This document shows positions 28,114-36,441 of a DNA stretch of 64,000 bases, piece by piece. A program made the position numbers and the translations under genes. Every line of letters begins with the position of its first letter. Position 1 is the stretch's first letter. The notes beneath the pieces are model-generated. The model was not told where the DNA came from. It saw only the letters and a list, made by a program, of their open reading frames with translations, and made no database searches. Source of the DNA: Pampinifervens florentissimum (GTDB taxonomy: Bacteria; Aquificota; Aquificia; Aquificales; Aquificaceae); NCBI RefSeq assembly GCF_011006175.1, contig NZ_CP048795.1, forward strand, positions 1,168,491-1,232,490. Reading direction: 5' to 3'.

Positions 28114-29133
28114 CTACGAGATGTTTCCATTAGGCACTTCTATCTGAAGGAGCCTTTCATATCCTAAGTCCTTGAGAAGTTGATAGTCCTTTTTTATGTC
28201 CCTTCCTGCTCTTGTGAGATAGCCACCCACCATCATGGCGTTAGTCATAAGAACAGCCATACCGTGAAAGTCTCTCAAGTTTTGCTCTCTTCCTCCACAA
28301 AGTCTTAGCTCTGCCTTTGGGTTTGTAAACCTAAACATGGCTATTATTTTTAGAGCTTCAAGGGGGCTCACACCCGGAGCAGTTTCCATAGGCGTTCCTT
28401 CTATAGGCATAAGGAAGTTAAGCGGTATAGAATCCACCTCCAACTCTCTGTATGTAAGTGCAAGGTCAACCCTATCTTCGTCAGACTCTCCCATGCCAAA
28501 AATTCCACCACAACAAGTGGAAAGCCCCACGGACTTAATCCTTTTTATGGTCTCATACCTTTCTCTCCATGTATGTGTGCTTACTATCTTAGGAAAAAAG
28601 TTCTCCGATGCCTCAAGGTTATGGTTTACCCTTTTGACTCCTGCGGATTTTAGTCTCTTGAGGGATTCCTCATCAAGGGTTCCGGCAGAGACACAGACAT
28701 TTATGGGAAGCCCTTCCTTCCTAATCTCCTCTACACCTTCACATATTCTTTCCACCTCTTCCTTAGTTGCGGATTTGCCACTAAGGACGATGCAGTATCT
28801 ATTTGCACCAAACTCCACACCTCTATATGCACCTTCCAATATTTCATCCTTAGGGACAAGGTTGTATATGTTTATGGGCGTTTTGTAAAACTTGGACTGG
28901 GCACAGAACTTGCAATCTTCTGAACAGGCACCACTTTTTGCGTTTATTATAGAGCAGAACTCTACTTTGTCTGGTGGATGAAAGTGGTTTTTTACCTTTT
29001 GTGCCAGATAGACCATAAGGGCAATGTATTGGTCTGGTATTTGCAAAAGTTTTAGTGCGGTTTCCTTATCTATAGGCTCATAGGCTATAGCCTTTTCTGA
29101 AACTTCAAAGAGAAAGCTCTCCACTCTGTCCAT
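28114..29133 (-). CDS. bioB: Biotin synthase
   Basis: CSEDCKFCAQS radical-SAM motif, BioB-specific residues (IFGMGESDEDR). 339 aa. Confidence 0.9.
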   Translation of the reverse strand: MDRVESFLFEVSEKAIAYEPIDKETALKLLQIPDQYIALMVYLAQKVKNHFHPPDKVEFCSIINAKSGACSEDCKFCAQSKFYKTPINIYNLVPKDEILEGAYRGVEFGANRYCIVLSGKSATKEEVERICEGVEEIRKEGLPINVCVSAGTLDEESLKRLKSAGVKRVNHNLEASENFFPKIVSTHTWRERYETIKRIKSVGLSTCCGGIFGMGESDEDRVDLALTYRELEVDSIPLNFLMPIEGTPMETAPGVSPLEALKIIAMFRFTNPKAELRLCGGREQNLRDFHGMAVLMTNAMMVGGYLTRAGRDIKKDYQLLKDLGYERLLQIEVPNGNIS

Positions 29134-29162
29134 GCAAGCCTCCTTGCTAAGGTATTAGTCTA

Positions 29163-29375
29163 CTAAATATATATCTCTTGTGTAAGCTCGCCCTGATAGT
29201 TTAGCCTATCAAGAATAGCTTTTCCTCTCAGGGATTTGGCAGGTATTTCAAAGACCTTTCTTGAGGAGTAGATTTTTATAATATCCTCTGTAACTTCAAT
29301 CTTTTCGGGAGGCTTGCCATCTTCAAGCACCACTATATTCTTGTATGATAAATCTTCCTTGTTGTAGACTTTCAT
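29163..29375 (-). CDS. Hypothetical 70-aa protein
   Basis: ORF only. Lies between the VWA gene and bioB on the same strand. Confidence 0.3.
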   Translation of the reverse strand: MKVYNKEDLSYKNIVVLEDGKPPEKIEVTEDIIKIYSSRKVFEIPAKSLRGKAILDRLNYQGELTQEIYI

Positions 29376-29422
29376 GTGGATTAATCTACACTTTATATCT
29401 GTATTTGAGATGACAGGTTTAT

Positions 29423-29785
29423 GTGATGAGAGTCAGATTTAGAGTGGCGGTCTACAGCAAAGAAGGTAAAAGACTTGGTAGGGAAGACTTTATAGCGTTT
29501 CGTGAGCCTCTTTATGTGGGCATAAGGTATGTGGTAGAGTTTAAATACCTTGAGGCAACCAAGTGGCTCATGCTTGCAAAGGATTGTCAAGAGAAGTATC
29601 TGCTTTTGGCATTGCTTAACTTCTCTCTTGGTCAAGAAACGCAGGCTCGTGAGTTTTTGCAAGAGGCATTAAAGCATGAAAGGGCTACTGATTACCTTTT
29701 TGTGATAGAAAAGCCAGAAGAGGGTCTGAAGGTGGCTATTGAAAGGATAGAAGCCTCCTTGCCTGATTTTCTATTATCCTTGTAA
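29423..29785 (+). CDS. Hypothetical 120-aa helical protein
   Basis: ORF with protein-like composition. Convergent with the VWA gene and overlaps its 3' end by 50 nt. Confidence 0.3.
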   Translation: MMRVRFRVAVYSKEGKRLGREDFIAFREPLYVGIRYVVEFKYLEATKWLMLAKDCQEKYLLLALLNFSLGQETQAREFLQEALKHERATDYLFVIEKPEEGLKVAIERIEASLPDFLLSL

Positions 29786-31580
29786 AGGCTGTAGGAAGTT
29801 CGCTTATGCTCTTTATCCTTATGGCACTTTTCTCAAAGTAATAGTCTGTGTAATTTCTTTCTGTGCCAACTCCTATGCCTATGATTGGTATTCTTGACTT
29901 TATCTGTGCTATAAGACTCTTTAGCTCTTGACCTTTTAGACCTCTTGTAGGCTCTCCGTCAGAGAAAACTACAATGCATCCCCTAATGTGATTTTTCAAG
30001 CAGAAGGTCTGAAGGTCTTCATAAGAATATATAAGGGCTTTTTCAAGGTTTGTCCCACCGCCCAGCAGGTTAAAAAGCTCTATTATTTTCCACTTTACAG
30101 CCTTGTAGTCCTCTGAAAACGCCTTTAGTCTAAAAACCCTGTCTGAAAACACATCTATGGAGAAGGACATTTTAAGGCTTTCTATAACCTCTGAAAAGAG
30201 CAAAAGAGCCTTTATGGCGTTTTGTATTTTGTCCTCTCTTTTCATAGAAGTGGAGATATCTATGAGGAGCTTAAAGGCTAACTCTTTTCTTACTGGTATG
30301 TGCCTTCTCATGTATATTCTTCCTCTTCCAAGAGGTGCTTCCACGCTTAGGCTTTTAGTATCAATCCTTCTACCATAGAAGTGTTTTCCGGTCCAGCCTT
30401 CCTCTTCTTGTGGCATGAGTTTGACCAGTTTTCTCTTTAAAGCGTCTATGTGTGGCAAAATATCAGAGAGCATTCTTTTGTAGACCATAAAGTCTTCTTT
30501 TCCAAGACCGTAAGCCTTCTCATACAGTCTATCCTCTTCTGTTTTTTCTCTTTTGCTTCTTCCAAAGCCAGACTGAGAAGAGGAAGAAGACTGCTCTTCC
30601 CATCCCTTTATAATAAAGCTCAAAAAGCCTCTGTGTTCTATATCAACCTCAAGGGTTTTTGGCAAAAAGTGTCTTATAAACTCCACATCCCTCTCTATCA
30701 AGTTTATGTAAGACATCTGCTTTAGGTAGTCTCGCATCCAGTCTGGGACTGCCTTTAAACTTTTGAGTATTTCTTTTCTGTCCGCTTCTGATATATCCAC
30801 CGCCCTTTTGTCCTTGTTTTGCACTATTATCTCTTGAAGATGTTCTGGTAATTTCTTTAGAAGGTCTGTCATTATCCTGCCTCTGTGGGCATCCACTCTG
30901 GTCTTTCCTCTTGCCTCTTCCAAAAGCAGGTCAACATAGTTTATGTCTTGTGCCTTTTCTATATGGCTCATGTATCTTCCAAAGAGGTCTTCCATAATTA
31001 TGTCATAGGCATCCCTGCTTTTTGCATTTAGATACTCTTGGAGGAATTTCTGTGTATCTTTTTGATAGTTCCCTTCACCAAGCCAGTTTTCCAGAAGAGA
31101 AAGAGCAAAAAGGTGATGCGGATAGTAGGTTTCTAAGTTATTCAATATGTTTTTGTAATGCTTTTTTACAGTTTGCAAGCTATCTGGACGGCTTTTTATA
31201 AGCCTTTCGTCTGTTTTTATAGACTCCAAAACCGCATAAAGCACTAAAAAGGACGTAGGCGTAAAGCCAAATTTATAGAATTCCCTTTGACCAAGCCTCC
31301 AAAGGTAAAGGTCAGTGCTAAAAAGATACTCTATTTCATGCCTTATGGTGTTTATGGCTTCCTCTTCTGGTTTGTTAGAAACTTCCTGAAGATAGAAGGC
31401 AATGCCAGAGGGTCGCTTTACTGGTTCTGGCACATCTTCTACTTCCCCCTTTGCCCACATTTCGGTGAGAGGTAGAAACTTAGGGTCATAGCCAGCTCCC
31501 CAGCCCTCGTAGCTTGCCTGAACCTCTATATCATATTCGTCAGATAGGAGCTTCTCTATTACCTTCCAACGCTCTTTCAC
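29736..31580 (-). CDS. Large VWA-domain protein with MIDAS motif (NorD/CobT/CbbO-like architecture), coupled to encapsulin
   Basis: 614 aa. C-terminal VWA: DISTSM (DxSxS), GGGTNLEKAL, VVFSDGEPT. Mid-protein Ser-rich linker EEQSSSSSQSGFG. The GTG start overlaps the encapsulin stop (GTGA). Confidence 0.7.
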   Translation of the reverse strand: MKERWKVIEKLLSDEYDIEVQASYEGWGAGYDPKFLPLTEMWAKGEVEDVPEPVKRPSGIAFYLQEVSNKPEEEAINTIRHEIEYLFSTDLYLWRLGQREFYKFGFTPTSFLVLYAVLESIKTDERLIKSRPDSLQTVKKHYKNILNNLETYYPHHLFALSLLENWLGEGNYQKDTQKFLQEYLNAKSRDAYDIIMEDLFGRYMSHIEKAQDINYVDLLLEEARGKTRVDAHRGRIMTDLLKKLPEHLQEIIVQNKDKRAVDISEADRKEILKSLKAVPDWMRDYLKQMSYINLIERDVEFIRHFLPKTLEVDIEHRGFLSFIIKGWEEQSSSSSQSGFGRSKREKTEEDRLYEKAYGLGKEDFMVYKRMLSDILPHIDALKRKLVKLMPQEEEGWTGKHFYGRRIDTKSLSVEAPLGRGRIYMRRHIPVRKELAFKLLIDISTSMKREDKIQNAIKALLLFSEVIESLKMSFSIDVFSDRVFRLKAFSEDYKAVKWKIIELFNLLGGGTNLEKALIYSYEDLQTFCLKNHIRGCIVVFSDGEPTRGLKGQELKSLIAQIKSRIPIIGIGVGTERNYTDYYFEKSAIRIKSISELPTAFTRIIENQARRLLSFQ

Positions 31581-32425
31581 TTTTCGCCTATTACCATTAT
31601 GGCACCGGGTCTCTTTATACGCGGTGCTATAACTTCCATAACCCTAAAGTGGTGCACCATGTTGGTAGATTCCACGTAGGCAAGGCTAAAGTCAAGCCCA
31701 AGGACAAGGTCCATATTCTGCGGTCCTACAGACAGGAGAATAGCCTTTCCTTCTGGGACTATAGGTGTATGGTAGACATCGGAAACCAGCTTTTTAATCT
31801 GCTCAATCTCAAGAAGTCCTGTGTTGTGATAGAGCCTATTGAGCTTAAAGTAGTCCCTTGGGTTTAGAAGAAGATAGTATGGTCCATAAAAGCCCTTTTC
31901 TGAGAGCTTTGATATACCAAGGGATACATCGTTAAAGGCGTTGCCAAGCACATCCCAGTCGCTCATGGACATGCTCTGCCTTCCTTCCACCGTAAGAAAG
32001 CCCTCTATTTCCATTTTTGGATTGCCGTGAATTATGAGGGTATCCTCCGCCACTGCAGTGGCAAAGGCTGCAGCAGATGCCTGAGAGGTATCAATTGGCA
32101 AGTTAAATTGTCTGAAGTATTCAAGGTCTCTCCAAGTTATGGAGAAAGGCTTGAATATGGTGGGAAGGGTTATGTATTTTCTTCTTCCTGTTCTCACAGG
32201 CTCGCAGGCTTCGCTCTCTTCTCCCGGTCTTACTTCACATACTCCCGGTTCTACACCAAGGTAAACATCGTAGGCTATTACCTGATGCCCAACGCCTATT
32301 GGTCCTATAACTGGCATAAACCTTCTGCATACAAGGGTCTTTTTAGCCACATCAATAACCGCACTTTCTAATTGCTCCCATTCTTCAAAGGTAAGTGGTG
32401 ATTGCTCTCTTCCTAAAAAGTCCAT
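31577..32425 (-). CDS. Family-1 encapsulin nanocompartment shell protein (HK97 fold)
   Basis: 282 aa, collinear with T. maritima encapsulin. MDFLGREQSPLTFEEWEQL aligns to MEFLKRSFAPLTEKQWQEI, GPYYLLLNPRDYFKL to GPYTLVINTDRWINFL, and the C-terminal LVLGLDFSLAYVESTNMVHHFRV block also aligns. Strong RBS AGGAGGTG. Confidence 0.85.
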   Translation of the reverse strand: MDFLGREQSPLTFEEWEQLESAVIDVAKKTLVCRRFMPVIGPIGVGHQVIAYDVYLGVEPGVCEVRPGEESEACEPVRTGRRKYITLPTIFKPFSITWRDLEYFRQFNLPIDTSQASAAAFATAVAEDTLIIHGNPKMEIEGFLTVEGRQSMSMSDWDVLGNAFNDVSLGISKLSEKGFYGPYYLLLNPRDYFKLNRLYHNTGLLEIEQIKKLVSDVYHTPIVPEGKAILLSVGPQNMDLVLGLDFSLAYVESTNMVHHFRVMEVIAPRIKRPGAIMVIGEK

Positions 32426-32441
32426 TTAACCACCTCCTAAC

Positions 32442-33500
32442 TTAAATTATACGCCAATATTCTTCAAAGGCTATCCATGTTTTTGGGATTATTTCCTTTA
32501 GGTTGTCCCATCTTTTCATGTGTTTTTTCCTCTTTTCTGATGCCCTCCATAGGGTGCTACCAAAGACCTCTTGAGCTTCCTCTTCAAACTCTTCTGGAGA
32601 ATCCTCACATAATGCTTTACCTGCCATATCCCCCGATATGACCGCGTTGGCTATTCCACCGCCAGTTATGGGATGACAAAAGCCACCCGCATCCCCCACA
32701 AGCAGAACCCTCTTTCTTACCAAAGGCAGTAGCCCATCCGCAGGTATCCATCCACCCGTTCTTTTTATTATTTGTTTTTCTACTATACCCTCTGCAACCA
32801 CCTCTTCTACGAACCTTTTGAGGCTTTCCATCACATTAACTCCATAATCTGGGTCAACCCCCACTCCCACGTTGGCGAGCCTTCCCTTTGGAAAGACCCA
32901 GCCGTAGCCTCCTGGGATGTAGTCTCTAAAGTATATAAGAAGGTCTTCAAGCTCTTTTGTCAGTTTCATTGTTATTTGTGCAGTGGTGAGGAATGTCTGG
33001 GTTTTTTCACCAGTGAGCCTTGCCACCTTTGACCTTGGTCCGTCCGCACCCACTACAAAGTCCGCCTTTACTGGAAACTTTTCTCTCGTGTCAATCTCTT
33101 CAAGCCATGCAAAACCATCTTCAAAGCCCAAAAATTGTGTTCTAAGCATATATACCGCACCCTGCTCCTGTGCCAGCTTGGCTATCTGAGCGTCAAAGAC
33201 CTCTCTGTTTAATACAAAGCCCTCCGACCACATACTTACCACCTCTCCCCAAGGTGTAAAATGAACCATATTCTTTACCCTCTGAGCTATAGCCTCCTGT
33301 GGAAAGAACTCCTTAAACTGATGGTATAGCTGAATAGGGACAAACTCCGCACATTGCACAGGCTTTCCTATACTTCTTTTTATGTCAACTACCAAAACCC
33401 TTTTACCAGCCTTTGCAAGCCTATAGGCACAGGAAGAACCTGCAGGACCTCCTCCAACTATTAAGACATCAAACTTTTTCATGCCCTTTATTGAAAACAC
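32442..33500 (-). CDS. FAD-dependent oxidoreductase, geranylgeranyl reductase family
   Basis: VLIVGGGPAGSSCAYRLAKAG dinucleotide fold, GDAGGF motif. 352 aa. Confidence 0.75.
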   Translation of the reverse strand: MFSIKGMKKFDVLIVGGGPAGSSCAYRLAKAGKRVLVVDIKRSIGKPVQCAEFVPIQLYHQFKEFFPQEAIAQRVKNMVHFTPWGEVVSMWSEGFVLNREVFDAQIAKLAQEQGAVYMLRTQFLGFEDGFAWLEEIDTREKFPVKADFVVGADGPRSKVARLTGEKTQTFLTTAQITMKLTKELEDLLIYFRDYIPGGYGWVFPKGRLANVGVGVDPDYGVNVMESLKRFVEEVVAEGIVEKQIIKRTGGWIPADGLLPLVRKRVLLVGDAGGFCHPITGGGIANAVISGDMAGKALCEDSPEEFEEEAQEVFGSTLWRASEKRKKHMKRWDNLKEIIPKTWIAFEEYWRII

Positions 33501-33750
33501 TTGAAGGCTTAAAGCCTATACTATACCTTTCCTCCACATACATCTCTATGCCAGTCTTAGGGTTCTTTATAAACCTTCCGCTCAGCCTCCTTATTTTAAA
33601 AATGCCAAATCCTCTAAGTTCAAGCCTACCCTTTTCAAGAACAAGGTTAACTATCTCTTCAAAAAAACTGTCCACAAAGAGCTTAGCGTCCGCCCTGTTT
33701 TTTATATTAAACTCCTTCCTAAGGCTTTCTATTAGGTCTGTTTTTTTCAT
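33469..33750 (-). CDS. hup: HU/IHF-family nucleoid-associated DNA-binding protein
   Basis: GFGIFKIRR…KNPKTGIEM…FKPS arm motif. Start taken at MKKTDLIESL. Confidence 0.8.
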   Translation of the reverse strand: MKKTDLIESLRKEFNIKNRADAKLFVDSFFEEIVNLVLEKGRLELRGFGIFKIRRLSGRFIKNPKTGIEMYVEERYSIGFKPSSVFNKGHEKV

Positions 33751-34177
33751 CCTTTTCCTCCACATAGAAGGTTCTTACCCGTGAATTTTTACTAACCGCA
33801 ACCGCCCTATCTTCTTTTCTGTAGTAAACTATCTCATCCGCCTCAACAAAATTCTGCCCTTCTTCCACCTTTGCCTTTCCTATCAGGGTTATAACCTCAT
33901 CCTTAAGGTCGTAGACCATTTTGTTGGCGGAGGCTTTCCTATTTCCTTCCGTGTATCTCGCATTTCCCTCTGCTTCTATGAGCTTTGCTTTTTTGCTCTC
34001 GTCCAAGTGTATAACTACCCTGTTTGCAGTAAGAAGTGCATTTCCTCTTGTGATTCTCACATTTCCCGAATACACCACCTTATCCTTCTCATAGGTGAGA
34101 TTGTCCGCTTCGCCTACTATGGGCTGTGCAAACATAAGCGTAGGTATTAAGACCAAAAGAATTACAACCTTTCTCAT
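33719..34177 (-). CDS. lptA: LPS transport periplasmic protein LptA (OstA-N fold)
   Basis: Signal peptide, beta-jellyroll repeat pattern. Operon position after lptC/kdsC. Confidence 0.7.
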   Translation of the reverse strand: MRKVVILLVLIPTLMFAQPIVGEADNLTYEKDKVVYSGNVRITRGNALLTANRVVIHLDESKKAKLIEAEGNARYTEGNRKASANKMVYDLKDEVITLIGKAKVEEGQNFVEADEIVYYRKEDRAVAVSKNSRVRTFYVEEKDEKNRPNRKP

Positions 34178-34665
34178 CTTATGTCCGTCCTTGCCCTATT
34201 AATTATAACCTTTAGAGGTTTTAGGGTTATCTCAAAGCCCTTACCCCTTACGAGACTTTCTCCCTGCAATATTTGGATGTCCCCTTCTCCCCATATTTTA
34301 CCCTCCTTTAGGTTTATGTATGCGTTCTGTGTCTTTGCGGTAATGTCTTCAGACTTAACCTCCACCCCTTCTGTGAGCTTTCCTTCGCCTGTAGACCTGT
34401 CTATATAAGCCTGAACAGCTCTTATGTTAGCCTCCTTTGAAAAGAGCTCCGCCTCGTAGAGCTTAACATCTTTGCCAACCACCTCAAGGGTCTTACCCCT
34501 TATAGTCCACTCAATACCAGTCTTACTATAGGCTTTTATGGTTACACCTTCAAGTAGGCTTACCATCTCTTCTTGTCCACCGCTCATTGCAAAGCTGTCT
34601 ACATACATCTTGAGAACGGAAGCAAGAAGGATTATCAGTATACTAAGGAGCAAGCTCCTAAGCAT
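34174..34665 (-). CDS. lptC: LPS export protein LptC
   Basis: N-terminal TM anchor plus ~140-aa beta-rich domain. Sits between kdsC and lptA. Confidence 0.6.
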   Translation of the reverse strand: MLRSLLLSILIILLASVLKMYVDSFAMSGGQEEMVSLLEGVTIKAYSKTGIEWTIRGKTLEVVGKDVKLYEAELFSKEANIRAVQAYIDRSTGEGKLTEGVEVKSEDITAKTQNAYINLKEGKIWGEGDIQILQGESLVRGKGFEITLKPLKVIINRARTDIR

Positions 34666-35179
34666 AGTATTGGCTTATGACCTCTTCCCATTGTCCTCTT
34701 AGCTTTAAGATAAACTCTATGGCATCCCTTACCGCTCCATGCCCACCCTTTGAGTTTGTTATGTATAGGGCATGTTCTTTTATCTCTTCTGGTGCATCCA
34801 CAACCGTCATGGGAAAGCCCACCCTTCTAAGAATTGGAAGGTCCACATAGTCATCACCAAGAAAGGCGATCTCTTCCAAGCTAAGAGAAAGCCTTTTCAT
34901 CACATCTTCAAGGATTGGAAGTTTCTGGTTATAGCCTAAGTGCACTTCATCCACTTTTAACTCCTTTAACCTGTTTATAAGTGCCTTGCTTTTTCTTCCA
35001 GATATTACACCTATCCTTATGCCAGCCCTTTGAGCCAGCTTTATACCAAGCCCGTCCCTCACATTAAAGACCTTTATCTCTTCACCCCTTGAGGTATAGT
35101 AGAGCCTTCCGTCTGTAAGCACACCATCCACGTCAAGTAGAAGCAGTTTTATCTTTAAAGCTCTATCCCTTAAATCCAT
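34658..35179 (-). CDS. kdsC: 3-deoxy-D-manno-octulosonate 8-phosphate phosphatase
   Basis: LLLLDVDGVLTDGRLYY HAD motif I. 173 aa. Confidence 0.85.
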   Translation of the reverse strand: MDLRDRALKIKLLLLDVDGVLTDGRLYYTSRGEEIKVFNVRDGLGIKLAQRAGIRIGVISGRKSKALINRLKELKVDEVHLGYNQKLPILEDVMKRLSLSLEEIAFLGDDYVDLPILRRVGFPMTVVDAPEEIKEHALYITNSKGGHGAVRDAIEFILKLRGQWEEVISQYYA

Positions 35180-35180
35180 C

Positions 35181-36278
35181 CTATGCTTGAGCGTAGCTCT
35201 CTTTCAACTTCTTTATCCTCCAGAGAGCTTTGCTGTCTTCAGGTGTGATAAGGCTGTAGGCTTTTCCATAAGTGCCTATCCTTCCAGTCCTACCTATGCG
35301 GTGTATGTATACCTCTGGGTCTTCTGGGATATGGTAGTTTATCACAAGGCTCACACCCTTTATGTCAAGCCCTCTTGAGGCTACATCTGTAGCCACTACT
35401 ATCTTAACCTTGCCATCTCTGAAAAGTCTTAGAGAGTTTTCCCTCTGCCTTTGTGTCATATCTCCATGAAGGGAGACCACATTAAAGCCCTTTCTTTTCA
35501 GCTCTTGCGTTATATCCTTTGCATCCTTTTTTGTCTTTACAAAGACTATAACCTTTTCAAGGACATGTTCCCTCAGTATCTTTTCAAGCTCAGACATCTT
35601 TTGTCCAGAGGAACTCAGCTTTATAAGCCTTTCCTCTATCTTTGGCTTTAGTTCTTCTGTTATAACCTTAACAAACTTGTAGTCCTTTTTTAGGTGTTTC
35701 TTGGCAAGCTCTTCTACCTCTCTTGGTATGGTAGCAGAAAAGAGAAAGGTCTGTCTTTCCTTTGGAAGCTGAGCTATTATCCACTCAATGTCTTCTATAA
35801 AGCCCATATCAAGCATTCTATCCGCCTCATCTAAAACGAAGTATTTTAGGCTTTCAAAGTTAAAAAGGCCTCTCATGGTAAGGTCCTTTATCCTCCCAGG
35901 CGTGCCTACTACGATGTTTGGTGTTATCTTCCATAGAAGCTCAAGGTCCTTCTGGACTGGTGTCCCACCGTAGAAGCTAAAGACCTTTAGTCCCTTATAC
36001 TTAGAAAGCTGATATAACTGTTCTTTTACTTGAAGAGCAAGCTCTCTTGTAGGTGTCATTATAAGGGCGGTTGTTCCTTCTTCCTTTTCGCTTCCTTCAA
36101 TTATAGGTATACCAAAGGCGGCGGTTTTCCCTGTTCCTGTTGCCGCCTGACCCATTATGTCGTAGCCCTTAAGGGCTAAGGGTATGGCTTCCTTCTGAAT
36201 TGGAGTGGGTTTTTCAAAGCCCATGTCCTTGAGTGCCTTACGCAAGGGAATACTAAGCTGTGAGAAATCAAAGTCCAT
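35181..36278 (-). CDS. DEAD-box ATP-dependent RNA helicase
   Basis: Q motif, AATGTGKTAAF, VLDEADRMLDMGF, SAT, HRIGRTGR. Confidence 0.9.
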   Translation of the reverse strand: MDFDFSQLSIPLRKALKDMGFEKPTPIQKEAIPLALKGYDIMGQAATGTGKTAAFGIPIIEGSEKEEGTTALIMTPTRELALQVKEQLYQLSKYKGLKVFSFYGGTPVQKDLELLWKITPNIVVGTPGRIKDLTMRGLFNFESLKYFVLDEADRMLDMGFIEDIEWIIAQLPKERQTFLFSATIPREVEELAKKHLKKDYKFVKVITEELKPKIEERLIKLSSSGQKMSELEKILREHVLEKVIVFVKTKKDAKDITQELKRKGFNVVSLHGDMTQRQRENSLRLFRDGKVKIVVATDVASRGLDIKGVSLVINYHIPEDPEVYIHRIGRTGRIGTYGKAYSLITPEDSKALWRIKKLKESYAQA

Positions 36279-36441
36279 TTCTTCCTCCTTTTTACTTTAA
36301 TTATAAGCGAGCCACAGAAAATTACCAGCATAAGAAAATTCTTATTTTGAAATGTTAGAAGATATTCTTTGAAAATTTGAATGGATATTTATTCCTTTTA
36401 GCTCTACATTTTATCGTGAGGTTATCAAAGGAGGTGTAAAA

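Noticed and set aside
29393-29662. 89-aa minus-strand ORF overlapping the 120-aa plus-strand ORF (29423-29785)
   Set aside because: Mutually exclusive with the + ORF. Neither has domain support. The + ORF was kept only tentatively and both are low confidence.
32442-33500. Upstream flavoprotein (geranylgeranyl-reductase family) as the encapsulin cargo
   Set aside because: No C-terminal targeting-peptide-like sequence (tail …IPKTWIAFEEYWRII). The family is an ordinary membrane-lipid or quinone reductase. Adjacency alone is insufficient.
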